Shown here piece by piece: positions 18,612-29,455 of a stretch of 64,000 nucleotides of DNA; the first letter of the stretch is position 1; every line of letters begins with the position of its first letter. The position numbers and the translations under genes are program-made. Origin of the DNA: Candidatus Latescibacterota bacterium (GTDB lineage: Bacteria; Latescibacterota; UBA2968; GCA-2709665); NCBI GenBank assembly GCA_965237675.1, contig OZ250150.1, positions 1,184,001-1,248,000 on the forward strand. The letters run 5' to 3'. The notes beneath the pieces are model-generated. The model saw nothing but the letters and a program-made list of their open reading frames with translations, had not been told where the DNA came from and searched no databases.

Positions 18612-19874
18612 ATGGCACGTCAAGTCGATAAGTTTCTGCTGATATCCGTCGACTGCCTTCGGTACGATGCGATGAGCCGGGTCAATAACCGGCTGAACAC
18701 GCCCAAATTCGACCTGTTGACCAGGGATTTTGCGTTCGGCGAGCGGTTTTTTGTGACGGCCCCGGCTACGCGCCCATCTCACACGTCCATGTTTACAGGG
18801 TTGTACGCGTTTGAGCACGGACTATGCGGCCAGACGTATTTGAAGATGTTCGCCGGGATCCCGAATCTATTTCGGCTATTCTCGGATGCGGGGTTTGAAA
18901 TCCATGGCCGGTCGGAGCGGACGGACGTGTTTAGGTTTCTGGACTATGAGCGGTTTATCGGACCCATGGATCCCCGTGCGAGGGAGCAGCATCTCGGTTC
19001 AATGGAAGATCTGTTGCATTCGGCGTTCGAAGGAGAGGATCGCCCCCGGTTTTGTTTTTTGCATTTCTGGTATACACATGGCGGGTACGGGGCGAGGGGG
19101 ATTCCCGGAACGCCGAATCTGAAAGCGCTGGTGGACGCGGGAAGGGTGGAGGAGGCGCTGCGGTTCTATTATGCGGCGGTGACGCACGTGCAGGAATTCT
19201 TACTCGTTGAGATTTTGAAGCGTGTGAATCTGGACGATTGGGCGGTGTTTATTCTAGGTGATCATGGAGAGGGGTTCTGCGAGGAGGTGATGGCGCACGG
19301 AGATCTCCTGCACGAAAATGTGATCCACGTTCCGCTGCTGGTATCCCTTCCCGGACACGACGGACTGAGATTGCCCGGGGGGCCACTGTCGACGATCGAT
19401 CTGTTCCCCACAATAGCCAACCTGGCTGGGCTCACCGTCGACTATCGGGGCCATGGCCGTGACTTGCTTGGAACCGATGATCCTTTCCGGTGTCGATGGG
19501 TATATTCGGAACTCGACAGCCTGTACGGCTTAGGATTCCTTAATCCGGGCAACCTGGAGGCGGCGCAGGAACAGGTGACTTCCCGTGTGGCGATGGATGG
19601 TGAAGAACTGAAACGGGACGTCGATGGTTTGCGTATGTGGTCGGTTACGGACGGACGGGTATTTTACAGAGAACGGGATGGCGGTGAGGATTATGTGCTG
19701 CGGGATGTGTTCAGCGGTGCGGACGTGCCGTGCAACGATCCCGGACCGTTCAGGGCTTCTCGGAACGAGATCTTGAACGGTTCGAATTACAAACACCTTC
19801 AGGCGCAGGAATCCACCCAGGCTGAGGCGAATCTTCTGGCCGCAAGGTTGAGAAACCTGGGATATATCGAATGA
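18612..19874 (+). CDS. Sulfatase-like hydrolase/transferase (alkaline phosphatase superfamily)
   Basis: ISVDCLRYD, ATRPSHTSMFTG (Thr at the Cys/Ser position), GDHGE, HVPL and C-terminal LRNLGYIE. Confidence 0.85.
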   Translation: MARQVDKFLLISVDCLRYDAMSRVNNRLNTPKFDLLTRDFAFGERFFVTAPATRPSHTSMFTGLYAFEHGLCGQTYLKMFAGIPNLFRLFSDAGFEIHGRSERTDVFRFLDYERFIGPMDPRAREQHLGSMEDLLHSAFEGEDRPRFCFLHFWYTHGGYGARGIPGTPNLKALVDAGRVEEALRFYYAAVTHVQEFLLVEILKRVNLDDWAVFILGDHGEGFCEEVMAHGDLLHENVIHVPLLVSLPGHDGLRLPGGPLSTIDLFPTIANLAGLTVDYRGHGRDLLGTDDPFRCRWVYSELDSLYGLGFLNPGNLEAAQEQVTSRVAMDGEELKRDVDGLRMWSVTDGRVFYRERDGGEDYVLRDVFSGADVPCNDPGPFRASRNEILNGSNYKHLQAQESTQAEANLLAARLRNLGYIE

Positions 19875-19917
19875 AATAACGGAAATACCGCGGTTTCACT
19901 ACCACCGCCCGCGCCGT

Positions 19918-20757
19918 TCAGCCTCGAGAAGGCTCGTGCATTTCGGTGCGCGCCCTGGCGGCCAGACCGGCCAGGTGGCCGTCATGCGCAAGACCCTGTT
20001 CAAGGTGAATTTTACGCTCCGGACCCGCGGTTTTGACCATAGTTTCGCTGTACAAACGGTCGATCCAGAAGCGGGCGTGGGCAGAAATGTAATTCTTGAA
20101 GTCTTCGATACTGTCTTCCGGAAAGCGCTGTGAACAGTTGATGGTGAACATGCGTCTTCGCGGGCTGCCGCCGAATGCGGCGTGTTTTAGATTGTGGTTG
20201 AACACGGCGATATCGCCCGGACGCGTTTCCAGCGCGACCCCCGGAAGGAGGTCTTTGCCTTCCATTCCCCAGTTTCCCTCGGATTCGCGAACCTGCGCCT
20301 GGATGGTCCGGGCATACCCGTCTTCCAGGATGTGGCTGCCGGGGATGACACGTAGGCAGCCGGTGTTTCGGGTCAGCGCATCGAGGTAGAAGGCGATTTT
20401 GACAAAGGGAACGGTTTTGCCCCAGCCGTCCGAATGCCAGACCGTATCGCCGGCGTAATAGTTGCCGTCTGAACCGACGTAGTTGTAATCCGGTCCGAGC
20501 AGGTCGATGAGCAGGCCGTTGATGCGTGGATCGTCCAGCAGGGCACAGAGGCGTTCGTGCTGGTCGATAAACGGCACGATGCAGGAGCGCGTTTCACCAT
20601 CGTGCGGTTTTCCATGGTGACCGCCGCCTCGGTTCGTCCAGACTTGTTCAAACGCGGCAGTGATGTCTACGATGACGTCGGACACTAACCCAGGCAGGTG
20701 CAGGTAGCCGAAGGTGTCGAAAAAGGCGAGTTGCTGTTGAGTGAGCAGACTCGGCAT
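19918..20757 (-). CDS. Phytanoyl-CoA dioxygenase (PhyH) family protein
   Basis: FFDTFGY, WHSD, GCLRVIPGSH, distal His (LKHA) and RR. Confidence 0.9.
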   Translation of the reverse strand: MPSLLTQQQLAFFDTFGYLHLPGLVSDVIVDITAAFEQVWTNRGGGHHGKPHDGETRSCIVPFIDQHERLCALLDDPRINGLLIDLLGPDYNYVGSDGNYYAGDTVWHSDGWGKTVPFVKIAFYLDALTRNTGCLRVIPGSHILEDGYARTIQAQVRESEGNWGMEGKDLLPGVALETRPGDIAVFNHNLKHAAFGGSPRRRMFTINCSQRFPEDSIEDFKNYISAHARFWIDRLYSETMVKTAGPERKIHLEQGLAHDGHLAGLAARARTEMHEPSRG

Positions 20758-20936
20758 TTGGGCACCTCAATGGGAAGATTCGGGTTCAGACAGCTATCCC
20801 TGCCCGTTCTTCTCACAAGCAGTGATCGTTTGGCGTTCTTTGCGGAGTCGTTTCTTGTGTGGCAGATTAATTCGTACGGTATATTACAAATAGTAACGGA
20901 AGAACCGGGAACATGAAAGGCAAAAATTTACAGATA

Positions 20937-20994
20937 CAAGATTGTCGACTGATATAACGGGGAGGCAAGATTGTCGACTGATATAACGGGGAGG
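20937..20994 (+). repeat. Perfect 29-bp tandem duplication covering a -10-like box and the RBS
   Basis: caagattgtcgactgatataacggggagg at 20937-20965 and 20966-20994. Confidence 0.95.
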
Positions 20995-20998
20995 CAAT

Positions 20999-22015
20999 AT
21001 GTCGGTTCGGTTTGCTTTTGTTGGATTTCGTCATGCGCACATCCACGATCTTTACAGACGGGCGGCTGGTCGGGACGGCGTGGAGGTGGTGGCTGCCTGC
21101 GAACAGGATGAGGCAGCGAGGGCGGCTGCGGAACGGGCCGGGGTTGCGGTCACGCATTCGGATCCCGGCCAGATGTTGAACGAAGTGGATTGCGACGTGG
21201 TGGCCATTGGGGAGTATTTCGCGCGGCGGGGCGGGGCGGCGATTCACGCGTTGAACGAGGGCAAACATGTCATTGTGGATAAACCGCTCTGCACAAGGCT
21301 GGAAGAGGTGGACGAAATCGAACGCATCGCCAGCGAGAAGGATTTGAGAGTGGGGTGTATGTTGTCGATGCGGGATCACGGGCAGACAATCGGCGCAAGG
21401 AATATGATTCAGGAGGGAACCATCGGGGAGGTCCACGCGATTTCGTTCGGAGGGCAGCATCCGCTGATGCTGGGGTCGCGGCCGGGATGGTATTTTGAAG
21501 AGGACAAACACGGAGGCACGATTAACGATCTTGCCATTCATGCAATCGACTGTCTGCCGTGGATAACGGGTCGGCAGTTCGAAACTGTGAATGCCGCCAG
21601 GTGCTGGAATGCCTTTGCGCCGGAATTTCCGCATTTTCGAGATGGCGCGCAGATGATGTTGACAATGGATAACGGATGCGGCGTGCTGGGAGACGTGTCG
21701 TATTTCATGCCCGATAAAGGGGGATATTCTCTGCCGTTCTACTGGCGGTACACCTTCTGGGGGCGGGAGGGTGTGCTCGAGGCCGGTACCACGCAGGATA
21801 CGATTCAGATTGCGTGGAAGGATTCGGAGCGGGTGGAAACAAGATCGATACCGGAGGATCGGTCCGGAGGATATCTGGAGGCGTTCTTGAAGGATATCAG
21901 GGGCGAGGCGGAAGAGGAGGAACGGCACACCGAATCGGTGATTCACGCCGCGAGAACGGTGCTCAGGATTCAGAAGGCCGCTGATGAAAACCAACACGAT
22001 GTCGCTTTACGATAA
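20999..22015 (+). CDS. Gfo/Idh/MocA family oxidoreductase
   Basis: FVGFRHAH, GKHVIVDKP and GGTINDLAIHAID motifs; GGAGG RBS. Confidence 0.9.
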   Translation: MSVRFAFVGFRHAHIHDLYRRAAGRDGVEVVAACEQDEAARAAAERAGVAVTHSDPGQMLNEVDCDVVAIGEYFARRGGAAIHALNEGKHVIVDKPLCTRLEEVDEIERIASEKDLRVGCMLSMRDHGQTIGARNMIQEGTIGEVHAISFGGQHPLMLGSRPGWYFEEDKHGGTINDLAIHAIDCLPWITGRQFETVNAARCWNAFAPEFPHFRDGAQMMLTMDNGCGVLGDVSYFMPDKGGYSLPFYWRYTFWGREGVLEAGTTQDTIQIAWKDSERVETRSIPEDRSGGYLEAFLKDIRGEAEEEERHTESVIHAARTVLRIQKAADENQHDVALR

Positions 22016-22346
22016 ACGCCGCCGAAACCGCGGAACACAGGCCACCATTGTCAGGCGTGGACGTTTTTCGGCCGATAAATGAAACACAAATTGTGACCTT
22101 GCGGTCCAATCGATAAGCGTCCGCGACGTCGAACCCGGGTGCAAGCTCGCGGGCTGCGCCGTCGAACGGCGGAAGCCTGGGGTAAATCCGAGCCTCCCGC
22201 GTCGATGAACGAATTGGCGGACATACGACGGGATTTCTTTCACGGGTCTCCTCTTGTGTCCAACTGATATTGACTTGTCCATCGGCATTGTTTAATGTTT
22301 GAGGGATTCGGTGTCCGGCAGGTTACCAGGGATCAAGGAGTGTGCA

Positions 22347-23243
22347 GTGAGTTCCTTCGGGTGGAAATTGCGGGTCTGCTGCCTCGTATTCGTGTTCGGT
22401 TGGACCTGCCGGGTTGCGACGGCCGGAAAAGGAGCGGGGTTCGTGATGCTGCGCGAGGGGGTTGGCGCTCGCGCGGAGGCAATGGGCGGGGCTTATACGG
22501 CGGTAGTGGGCGACCAGACGGCGGCATCCTGGAATCCGGCCGGCATAGCGGCTCTGGAGGGCAGAGATTTTCTGGTCTCCCATCACAGTTCCTTTCAGGA
22601 AATCCAGCAGACCTATGGCGGGTGGGCTTATGGCAATACCCGATCCGGCGTGGCTCTGAGCCTGGGGATCTATTCGGTGGGTGGAATTGAGGCGAGGACC
22701 GGGCCATCCGCGCAACCACAGGGTACGTTTGGCATTTATGACATCAATGCGGGACTCTCGTATGCAAAGCGGATTAAAAAAGGATTTTACGCTGGCGCAA
22801 CCGTGCGAGCATTGCACGAGACGATCGGCCCGGAACGAGCTTCAGGGTTCAGCGTGGACCTCGGCGTACTCTACCGCTTCGGGAATGAGCGACTGACCGT
22901 GGGGGCAAGCTATCGGAACCTAGGGCGAATGGAGGCGCTGGATGTGCACAGAACCCCTCTCCCGGAGACGTTTCGTGCCGGAATTGCCTGGCAGGCGGGG
23001 CGATTGACGGGGTCTTTCGATCTGCGTGCGCCCAGGCACGGCCCCGCAGGAATGCATACGGGCCTGGAATTGCGCTTGAAGGGAGCGCTGTGGCTGCGGG
23101 CGGGGTACCGTTCGGGGAACGACATCCGCGACTGGTCGTTCGGGCTTGGGATTCAACCCGGCAGGTGCCGGATTGAATATGCCTATGTCCCGGCCGCACT
23201 GGGGTTGGCAGGTTCTCATCGCCTCGGATTGGGAATCAGGTAA
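22347..23243 (+). CDS. PorV/PorQ family outer-membrane beta-barrel
   Basis: Signal peptide; GVGARAEAMGGAYTA...WNPAGIA, DLGVLY, LRAGY and SHRLGL motifs; GTG start behind AAGGAG. Confidence 0.8.
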   Translation: MSSFGWKLRVCCLVFVFGWTCRVATAGKGAGFVMLREGVGARAEAMGGAYTAVVGDQTAASWNPAGIAALEGRDFLVSHHSSFQEIQQTYGGWAYGNTRSGVALSLGIYSVGGIEARTGPSAQPQGTFGIYDINAGLSYAKRIKKGFYAGATVRALHETIGPERASGFSVDLGVLYRFGNERLTVGASYRNLGRMEALDVHRTPLPETFRAGIAWQAGRLTGSFDLRAPRHGPAGMHTGLELRLKGALWLRAGYRSGNDIRDWSFGLGIQPGRCRIEYAYVPAALGLAGSHRLGLGIR

Positions 23244-23271
23244 CCGGCATGGAATTCCCGTTCACGGCTGA

Positions 23272-24372
23272 TTGATCGCTTGCGGTACCGCCGGGGCACC
23301 GGATCGACAGGTGCCTGCTCGTACTGAACCATGGGAAACACAGCGGGTTTTTCGGAGGCTGAAATTTGGCCGACGGTGTGAACGATGGGGGGGGGCGTGG
23401 ACGATTCGAGAACGGGACACTAGAGACCGCATCTGGGTCAACGTGCTATTGTTCGCCTTGACCGCGTATACGACCACAACGGCGGGTGTGCACATGGCGG
23501 TTTCCATGCGCATGGCGGTTTCACCGGAGTCGTTGCCGCCGGACTTACTTTCAGCGGCGCTGTTCTGGAATCCGAAATATCTGATTCTGGGGCTTCCGTT
23601 TTCGGGAACACTACTTCTCATCCTGGGTATCCACGAGATGGGACACTATCTCACTTCTCGCCGCTGGATGGTGCGCGCGACCTTGCCCTATTTCATTCCC
23701 TTTCCTTCTATGATTGGTACGATGGGTGCGGTAATCAGGATCAAATCCCGCATTCCGAACCGGCGCGCGCTGATGGACATCGGGGCGTCCGGACCGCTTG
23801 CGGGCTTCGTTGTGGCCCTGCTTGCCCTTGTCGTGGGATTGCATCTGTCGGAAATCGTGCCCGTCTCGACGTTTGAGCGGGGTTCGATTTCACTGGGCAA
23901 TTCCATTCTGGCCGGCTGGCTGATGAATCTGGTTATCGGGGACCTTCCTGAAGGATTTGCGATTTACGATCATCCGATCTTCGTGGCCGGCTGGCTCGGT
24001 CTCTTTGTGACCGCGCTGAATCTGATGCCCGTGGGGCAGTTCGACGGCGGGCATATTGTGTATGCTTTCGGAGGAGCACGCGTTCACGCGCTGGTTTCGA
24101 AGGCGGCGTTGATCATTCTGGGTGCCCTGTGGGCGCTGGGGCCGCCGTATGACTGGTTGTACGCCCAATATGATTTTTCGACCTGGCTTGATACCCGGTG
24201 GCCGGGATGGCTGATCTGGATACTCATCGCGTTGGCGCTGGGCCGTCGGCATTCCACGCCGGACGACCCCCATTTGGTTCTCGATCCGTTTGGAAGACTG
24301 ATGGGATATGTTTCGCTGGTCATTTTCCTGCTTTGTTTTGTGCCAAGGCCCATCAGTTTTGCAATACCCTGA
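23272..24372 (+). CDS. Site-2 protease (peptidase M50); start codon uncertain
   Basis: HEMGH, GPLAG and NLMPVGQFDGGH motifs. Confidence 0.9.
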   Translation: MIACGTAGAPDRQVPARTEPWETQRVFRRLKFGRRCERWGGAWTIRERDTRDRIWVNVLLFALTAYTTTTAGVHMAVSMRMAVSPESLPPDLLSAALFWNPKYLILGLPFSGTLLLILGIHEMGHYLTSRRWMVRATLPYFIPFPSMIGTMGAVIRIKSRIPNRRALMDIGASGPLAGFVVALLALVVGLHLSEIVPVSTFERGSISLGNSILAGWLMNLVIGDLPEGFAIYDHPIFVAGWLGLFVTALNLMPVGQFDGGHIVYAFGGARVHALVSKAALIILGALWALGPPYDWLYAQYDFSTWLDTRWPGWLIWILIALALGRRHSTPDDPHLVLDPFGRLMGYVSLVIFLLCFVPRPISFAIP

Positions 24373-24424
24373 ACAAATCAAGATCCCGCTTTGTATCCTC
24401 AGTCCCGAAATTCATCCTCAACAA

Positions 24425-24452
24425 TTGACTCTTGATTGAATCGGTCTACACT
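24425..24452 (+). promoter_or_regulatory. Putative sigma70 promoter
   Basis: TTGACT-16 nt-TACACT. Confidence 0.45.
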
Positions 24453-24523
24453 ACCGGCGCCGTTTCCGTGTGCCGCCTCGTTTTCCAATCGGCCTGACCC
24501 ATTCCGCTTTTTCTCACGTTCCT

Positions 24524-25759
24524 ATGGCTAAGGTATCCGGCAGGCGCCCCGGCCTCCAGGGCCTGCAAAAACAGACCAGACGTTCTCGCCGGATGAAGAT
24601 GGCCCGACGACGCCGACGCATGTCGTTGCGCCTCTGGACCCTGGCATGTGTGCTGGTGTTGGTTGCCGGCGTGGCGGGATGGATGCAGTGGCGCACCTGG
24701 GAAGCCCTGCCGTATGAGCAGGAAATCGCGTTAAGTCAGCAGGTGCATTGGCGAACGCTTCCGGCGGGTCCGCTGGCGTTTGCAGATTCCGTGGCATCAC
24801 AGGCCCCCGGGGTTCTGAAGGGGCTTGGAGTTCCGGAACGGGTCGTGGGGACAAAGCGTTTGTCGGCTCGGGGCGATAGTACCACCCGCTGGGTCATGAC
24901 CTCCGATGTACCTGGCGAGTTGCCGTTGGCGGTCTGCAATCTGGAATTGACCCGGCTTGCACGGCGCCTGGGCGGAGAGGTAATCGAAGCCCGGGAGGAC
25001 CGTAGCGGCAACAGGCTATCGTTGTCCGTGGGCCTGGATGGCGCCCGCACCAATCTGATTAAGTTGAAACGAAATGCCAGGCTCGATCGAATGCCGGGCC
25101 AACTCGCCATTATCGTGAACGAATTCGCGACTCAGAACGAAGCGCTGATTCGAGGTTTCTGCGCGTTGAAACAGACGATTACGCTCTCGATTTTTCCAGG
25201 CTTCGACAAAACCGCCTGGATTGCCGAACAGGCGGCTGCGGCTGGGCACGGGGTCATGCTAAACATTGCGATGGAACCGTTGGATTATCCCAACCGCGAC
25301 CCGGGTCCAAACGCGGTGTTGGTGGACCATCCACCAGAAACAGTCAGGAAGCTGATTCGGATGGCGCGTGCGAACCTGCCTCAGGCAACGGGATTGAACA
25401 ACCATATGGGTTCGCGGTTGACGGCGGATCGGACCGCAATCGGCAGGGTATTGAAGGAGGTGGATTGCCTCGGTCTCTTCTTCGTGGATAGCTTCACGAA
25501 TCCGCGGTCGGTGGCCTATACGGTTGCAGAGGAGATGGGAATACCGACAGGCCGGAACTCGATGTTTCTGGAGCAGAAGATAACCCAGAAGTCGATCGAA
25601 CGATCCCTGGAGACCCTGGCGGAAATGGCCGGCATTTCCGGAACCGTGATCGGCATCGGACACGCAAAGCCAGCCACGCTGGCGGCGCTTGAACACATGC
25701 TGCCGGAACTGGAGAAACGCGGAATCGTATTCATCGATGCGAAGGAAGCTGTCAGGTGA
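24524..25759 (+). CDS. Divergent polysaccharide deacetylase (YibQ-like), membrane anchored
   Basis: MEP, GLNNHMGS, FFVDS and IGIGH motifs; basic N-terminus followed by a TM helix. Confidence 0.85.
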   Translation: MAKVSGRRPGLQGLQKQTRRSRRMKMARRRRRMSLRLWTLACVLVLVAGVAGWMQWRTWEALPYEQEIALSQQVHWRTLPAGPLAFADSVASQAPGVLKGLGVPERVVGTKRLSARGDSTTRWVMTSDVPGELPLAVCNLELTRLARRLGGEVIEAREDRSGNRLSLSVGLDGARTNLIKLKRNARLDRMPGQLAIIVNEFATQNEALIRGFCALKQTITLSIFPGFDKTAWIAEQAAAAGHGVMLNIAMEPLDYPNRDPGPNAVLVDHPPETVRKLIRMARANLPQATGLNNHMGSRLTADRTAIGRVLKEVDCLGLFFVDSFTNPRSVAYTVAEEMGIPTGRNSMFLEQKITQKSIERSLETLAEMAGISGTVIGIGHAKPATLAALEHMLPELEKRGIVFIDAKEAVR

Positions 25760-25825
25760 ACCATTAGCAAGATTTGTGGCGATGGGCACGGTCTGGATCT
25801 TACCCTGTTCGATACCCATTACCCG

Positions 25826-25854
25826 TTGACTTGCACGTGAACGCTTGGTATATT
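25826..25854 (+). promoter_or_regulatory. Near-consensus sigma70 promoter upstream of the tgt operon
   Basis: TTGACT-17 nt-TATATT with an extended -10 TG. Confidence 0.75.
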
Positions 25855-25860
25855 GGGGCT

Positions 25861-27244
<1,384 letters not shown>

Positions 27245-27302
27245 AGCGGGAACATCTCTTCCCGTGCAATTTACATATCCGATTTCTTCAAGGAGGGTTC
27301 TT

Positions 27303-27626
27303 TTGTTTGGCGTAAGTGAAGCATTTGCTATGGGCGGCCAGGGGACAGAGGGGTCCCAGGCGGGATTTCTGGTGCAGATTTTCCCTTTGATTTTGATGGT
27401 CATCGTCGTTTATCTGTTGATCTTTCGCCCGCAGATCAAGAAGCAGAAGACGCAGCAGGCGATGATCGACGCACTGAAAAAGGGCAACAGAATCGTGACG
27501 TCCGGGGGAATTCACGGGACGATTGTCGGGGTGAAAGAACAGGCTGGCATTCTGGTCGTACAGATAGCCAAGGAAGTCCGCGTTGAGGTTTCCAGGGGAT
27601 CGGTTTCTCGGATTTTGGAAGAATAG
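27303..27626 (+). CDS. yajC: Preprotein translocase subunit YajC
   Basis: TM helix then YLLIFRPQ and LKKGNRIVTSGGIHG; TTG start behind AGGAGG; follows tgt. Confidence 0.93.
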   Translation: MFGVSEAFAMGGQGTEGSQAGFLVQIFPLILMVIVVYLLIFRPQIKKQKTQQAMIDALKKGNRIVTSGGIHGTIVGVKEQAGILVVQIAKEVRVEVSRGSVSRILEE

Positions 27627-27696
27627 TGATCCGGGACCGGATCCGGATGGGTGCCGCGGGACATTCGCGGAAACGGATCCCTGATCGGAGACTGTC

Positions 27697-28626
27697 TTGA
27701 AGCTGGTGTTTATGGGGACGCCCGATTTCGCGGTGCCGTCTCTGGAGCTACTGGCCAACCGCGGCCACGAGATCGCCGCGGTCGTGACCCGGCCGGATCG
27801 GGCGCAGGGGCGCGGACGGAAGCTCACGCCGCCGCCGGTGAAGGCGGCCGCCCATCGATTGGGGCTTCCGGTATTGCAACCGCACGCTCTGAACGCCCGT
27901 GATTTTCTGGTGCGGCTTCAGGGCCTCGACGCGGATCTTTTTGTGGTAGTCGCTTTTGTAATATTGCCATGGATCGTGCTGACAATACCAAAGGTCGGCT
28001 CGGTAAACCTGCATCCGTCTCTGTTGCCGAAATATCGGGGGGCGGCCCCGATCAACTGGGCGATTATCCGGGGAGAGACGGAAACAGGGATAAGCGTATT
28101 CCGCCTCACGAGGCGGGTGGACGCGGGGGATCTGCTGTTTCAGCAGGCTGTGGGGATCGACCCGGACGAGACGGCCGGAGAGCTTTCGGAGCGGTTGCGG
28201 ATATTGGGGGCGAATGCACTGGCGAACGTCGTCGAAGGGCTGGAAAGAGACGAATTGGCATCGAAGCCGCAGCCGAAAACCGGGGTCACCAGGGCGCCCC
28301 GGTTAGAGAAGGAGGACGGTCGGATCGACTGGACATGCAGGGCGGCTTCAATCCGCAATCTGGTTCGCGGAACCAACCCCTTTCCAGGGGCGTTTACGAC
28401 GTGGAGGGGTGAATATCTGAAGGTGCACCGGGCGGCGGTCGCCGACGGAACGGGGCTGCCCGGCGAGGTGGTCTTGGCAGATGGGAGAAAGGGATGTTTG
28501 GTAGCCGCCGGTGAAGGAGCCGTCGCACTTGAAGAAGTGCAACCGGCCGGCAAGGGGCGGATGAGCGGCGCCGAACTGGTGCGCGGGTATCGGATTGAAG
28601 CCGGCGAGGTTCTTGGGGATTCCTGA
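27697..28626 (+). CDS. fmt: Methionyl-tRNA formyltransferase
   Basis: FMGTPDFA and NLHPSLLPKYRGAAPI motifs. Confidence 0.96.
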   Translation: MKLVFMGTPDFAVPSLELLANRGHEIAAVVTRPDRAQGRGRKLTPPPVKAAAHRLGLPVLQPHALNARDFLVRLQGLDADLFVVVAFVILPWIVLTIPKVGSVNLHPSLLPKYRGAAPINWAIIRGETETGISVFRLTRRVDAGDLLFQQAVGIDPDETAGELSERLRILGANALANVVEGLERDELASKPQPKTGVTRAPRLEKEDGRIDWTCRAASIRNLVRGTNPFPGAFTTWRGEYLKVHRAAVADGTGLPGEVVLADGRKGCLVAAGEGAVALEEVQPAGKGRMSGAELVRGYRIEAGEVLGDS

Positions 28627-28693
28627 TAGTCATCACAGGATCCTTTTCTCAAGTCTATTCGGTGAAAAGTGAAGGGATTGATCATCAGGGAGG

Positions 28694-28897
28694 ACCTCTC
28701 CCCCCGGCCCCCTCTCCTGCAAGGAAAGGGGGAGTTGAACCAGGCGTTGTGCCAACACGGTTTTATATGAGCTCTGATTGAGCGGACCCATCACAATATT
28801 TCGCCTGGATTTTTTCATCAATCGAAATGGCTTCAGCCAATCTGACCGTTCATCAACCGATCGCAGTTCCCCCTTCCTCTCAGGAAGGGGGGTAGGT
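28694..28897. repeat. Pair of REP-like GC-rich hairpins flanking a spacer
   Basis: ccccctctcctgcaaggaaaggggg near 28708-28732 and cccccttcctctcaggaaggggg near 28869-28891. Confidence 0.6.
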
Positions 28898-29027
28898 CTC
28901 GTCCGCCAAATCCGTCACAGACAGGTTTTTCTTCCGTTTCTCTAATCACCCGGAAGCTGTTTCTGCTTCCTGAAACTGCAATCCGTGACAATTCATGAAT
29001 GAATCAGGTTAAAGAGGTGTCGCGTTT

Positions 29028-29391
29028 ATGTTTCCTCTTTTCTGGGACCCCACGCTGATTCTTGTGATTCCTGGATTCATCCTGGCGCTGTGGGCGCAGT
29101 TTAAGGTCAAGCGGACGTTCGCCAGATATGATGAATTCGGTTCCCGGAGCGGGTGGACCGCGGACCAGGTCGCCCGCGATATTCTGCGGCGGGGCGGTGT
29201 TTCAGTGAAGGTGGAGAACGTGGGCGGCAACTTGACCGATCATTACGACCCGAGAGACTATACCTTGCGGCTCTCCGACAGCACGTACGGTTCCCGGTCG
29301 CTTGCGGCCATCGGCGTCGGCGCTGGTGGCGGTGCTTCATCTGTTTCGGCTGTTGATCCTTTCCGGCCTTCTGGGCGGAAGCGATGAATGA
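29028..29391 (+). pseudogene. YugP-like neutral zinc metallopeptidase with internal deletion and frameshift
   Basis: N-terminus intact (GNLTDHYDP...LRLS...SLAAIGV) but the HExxH expected next is absent; native-looking C-terminus (ASALVAVLHLFRLLILSGLLGGSDE*) follows in another frame at ggcgtcg 29313-29319. Confidence 0.85.
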
Positions 29392-29455
29392 GAACCCCGC
29401 CGTTGAATGGGAACGGTAGCCTCAAAGCCGAGGTGTTTTTATCAGGAGGGAAGCA

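Noticed and set aside
20937-20994. CRISPR array
   Set aside because: Two abutting copies with no spacer; no cas genes in the window
22007-22288. 93-aa minus-strand ORF
   Set aside because: No RBS or motif and Arg/Pro-rich; cannot be supported
23413-23423. cgggacactag as a fourth MITE end
   Set aside because: Only an 11-nt match, inside coding sequence, with no partner end
27627-27696. Absence of def before fmt (and of sucD beside sucC) as evidence of gene loss
   Set aside because: These genes are often unlinked; loss cannot be judged from one window
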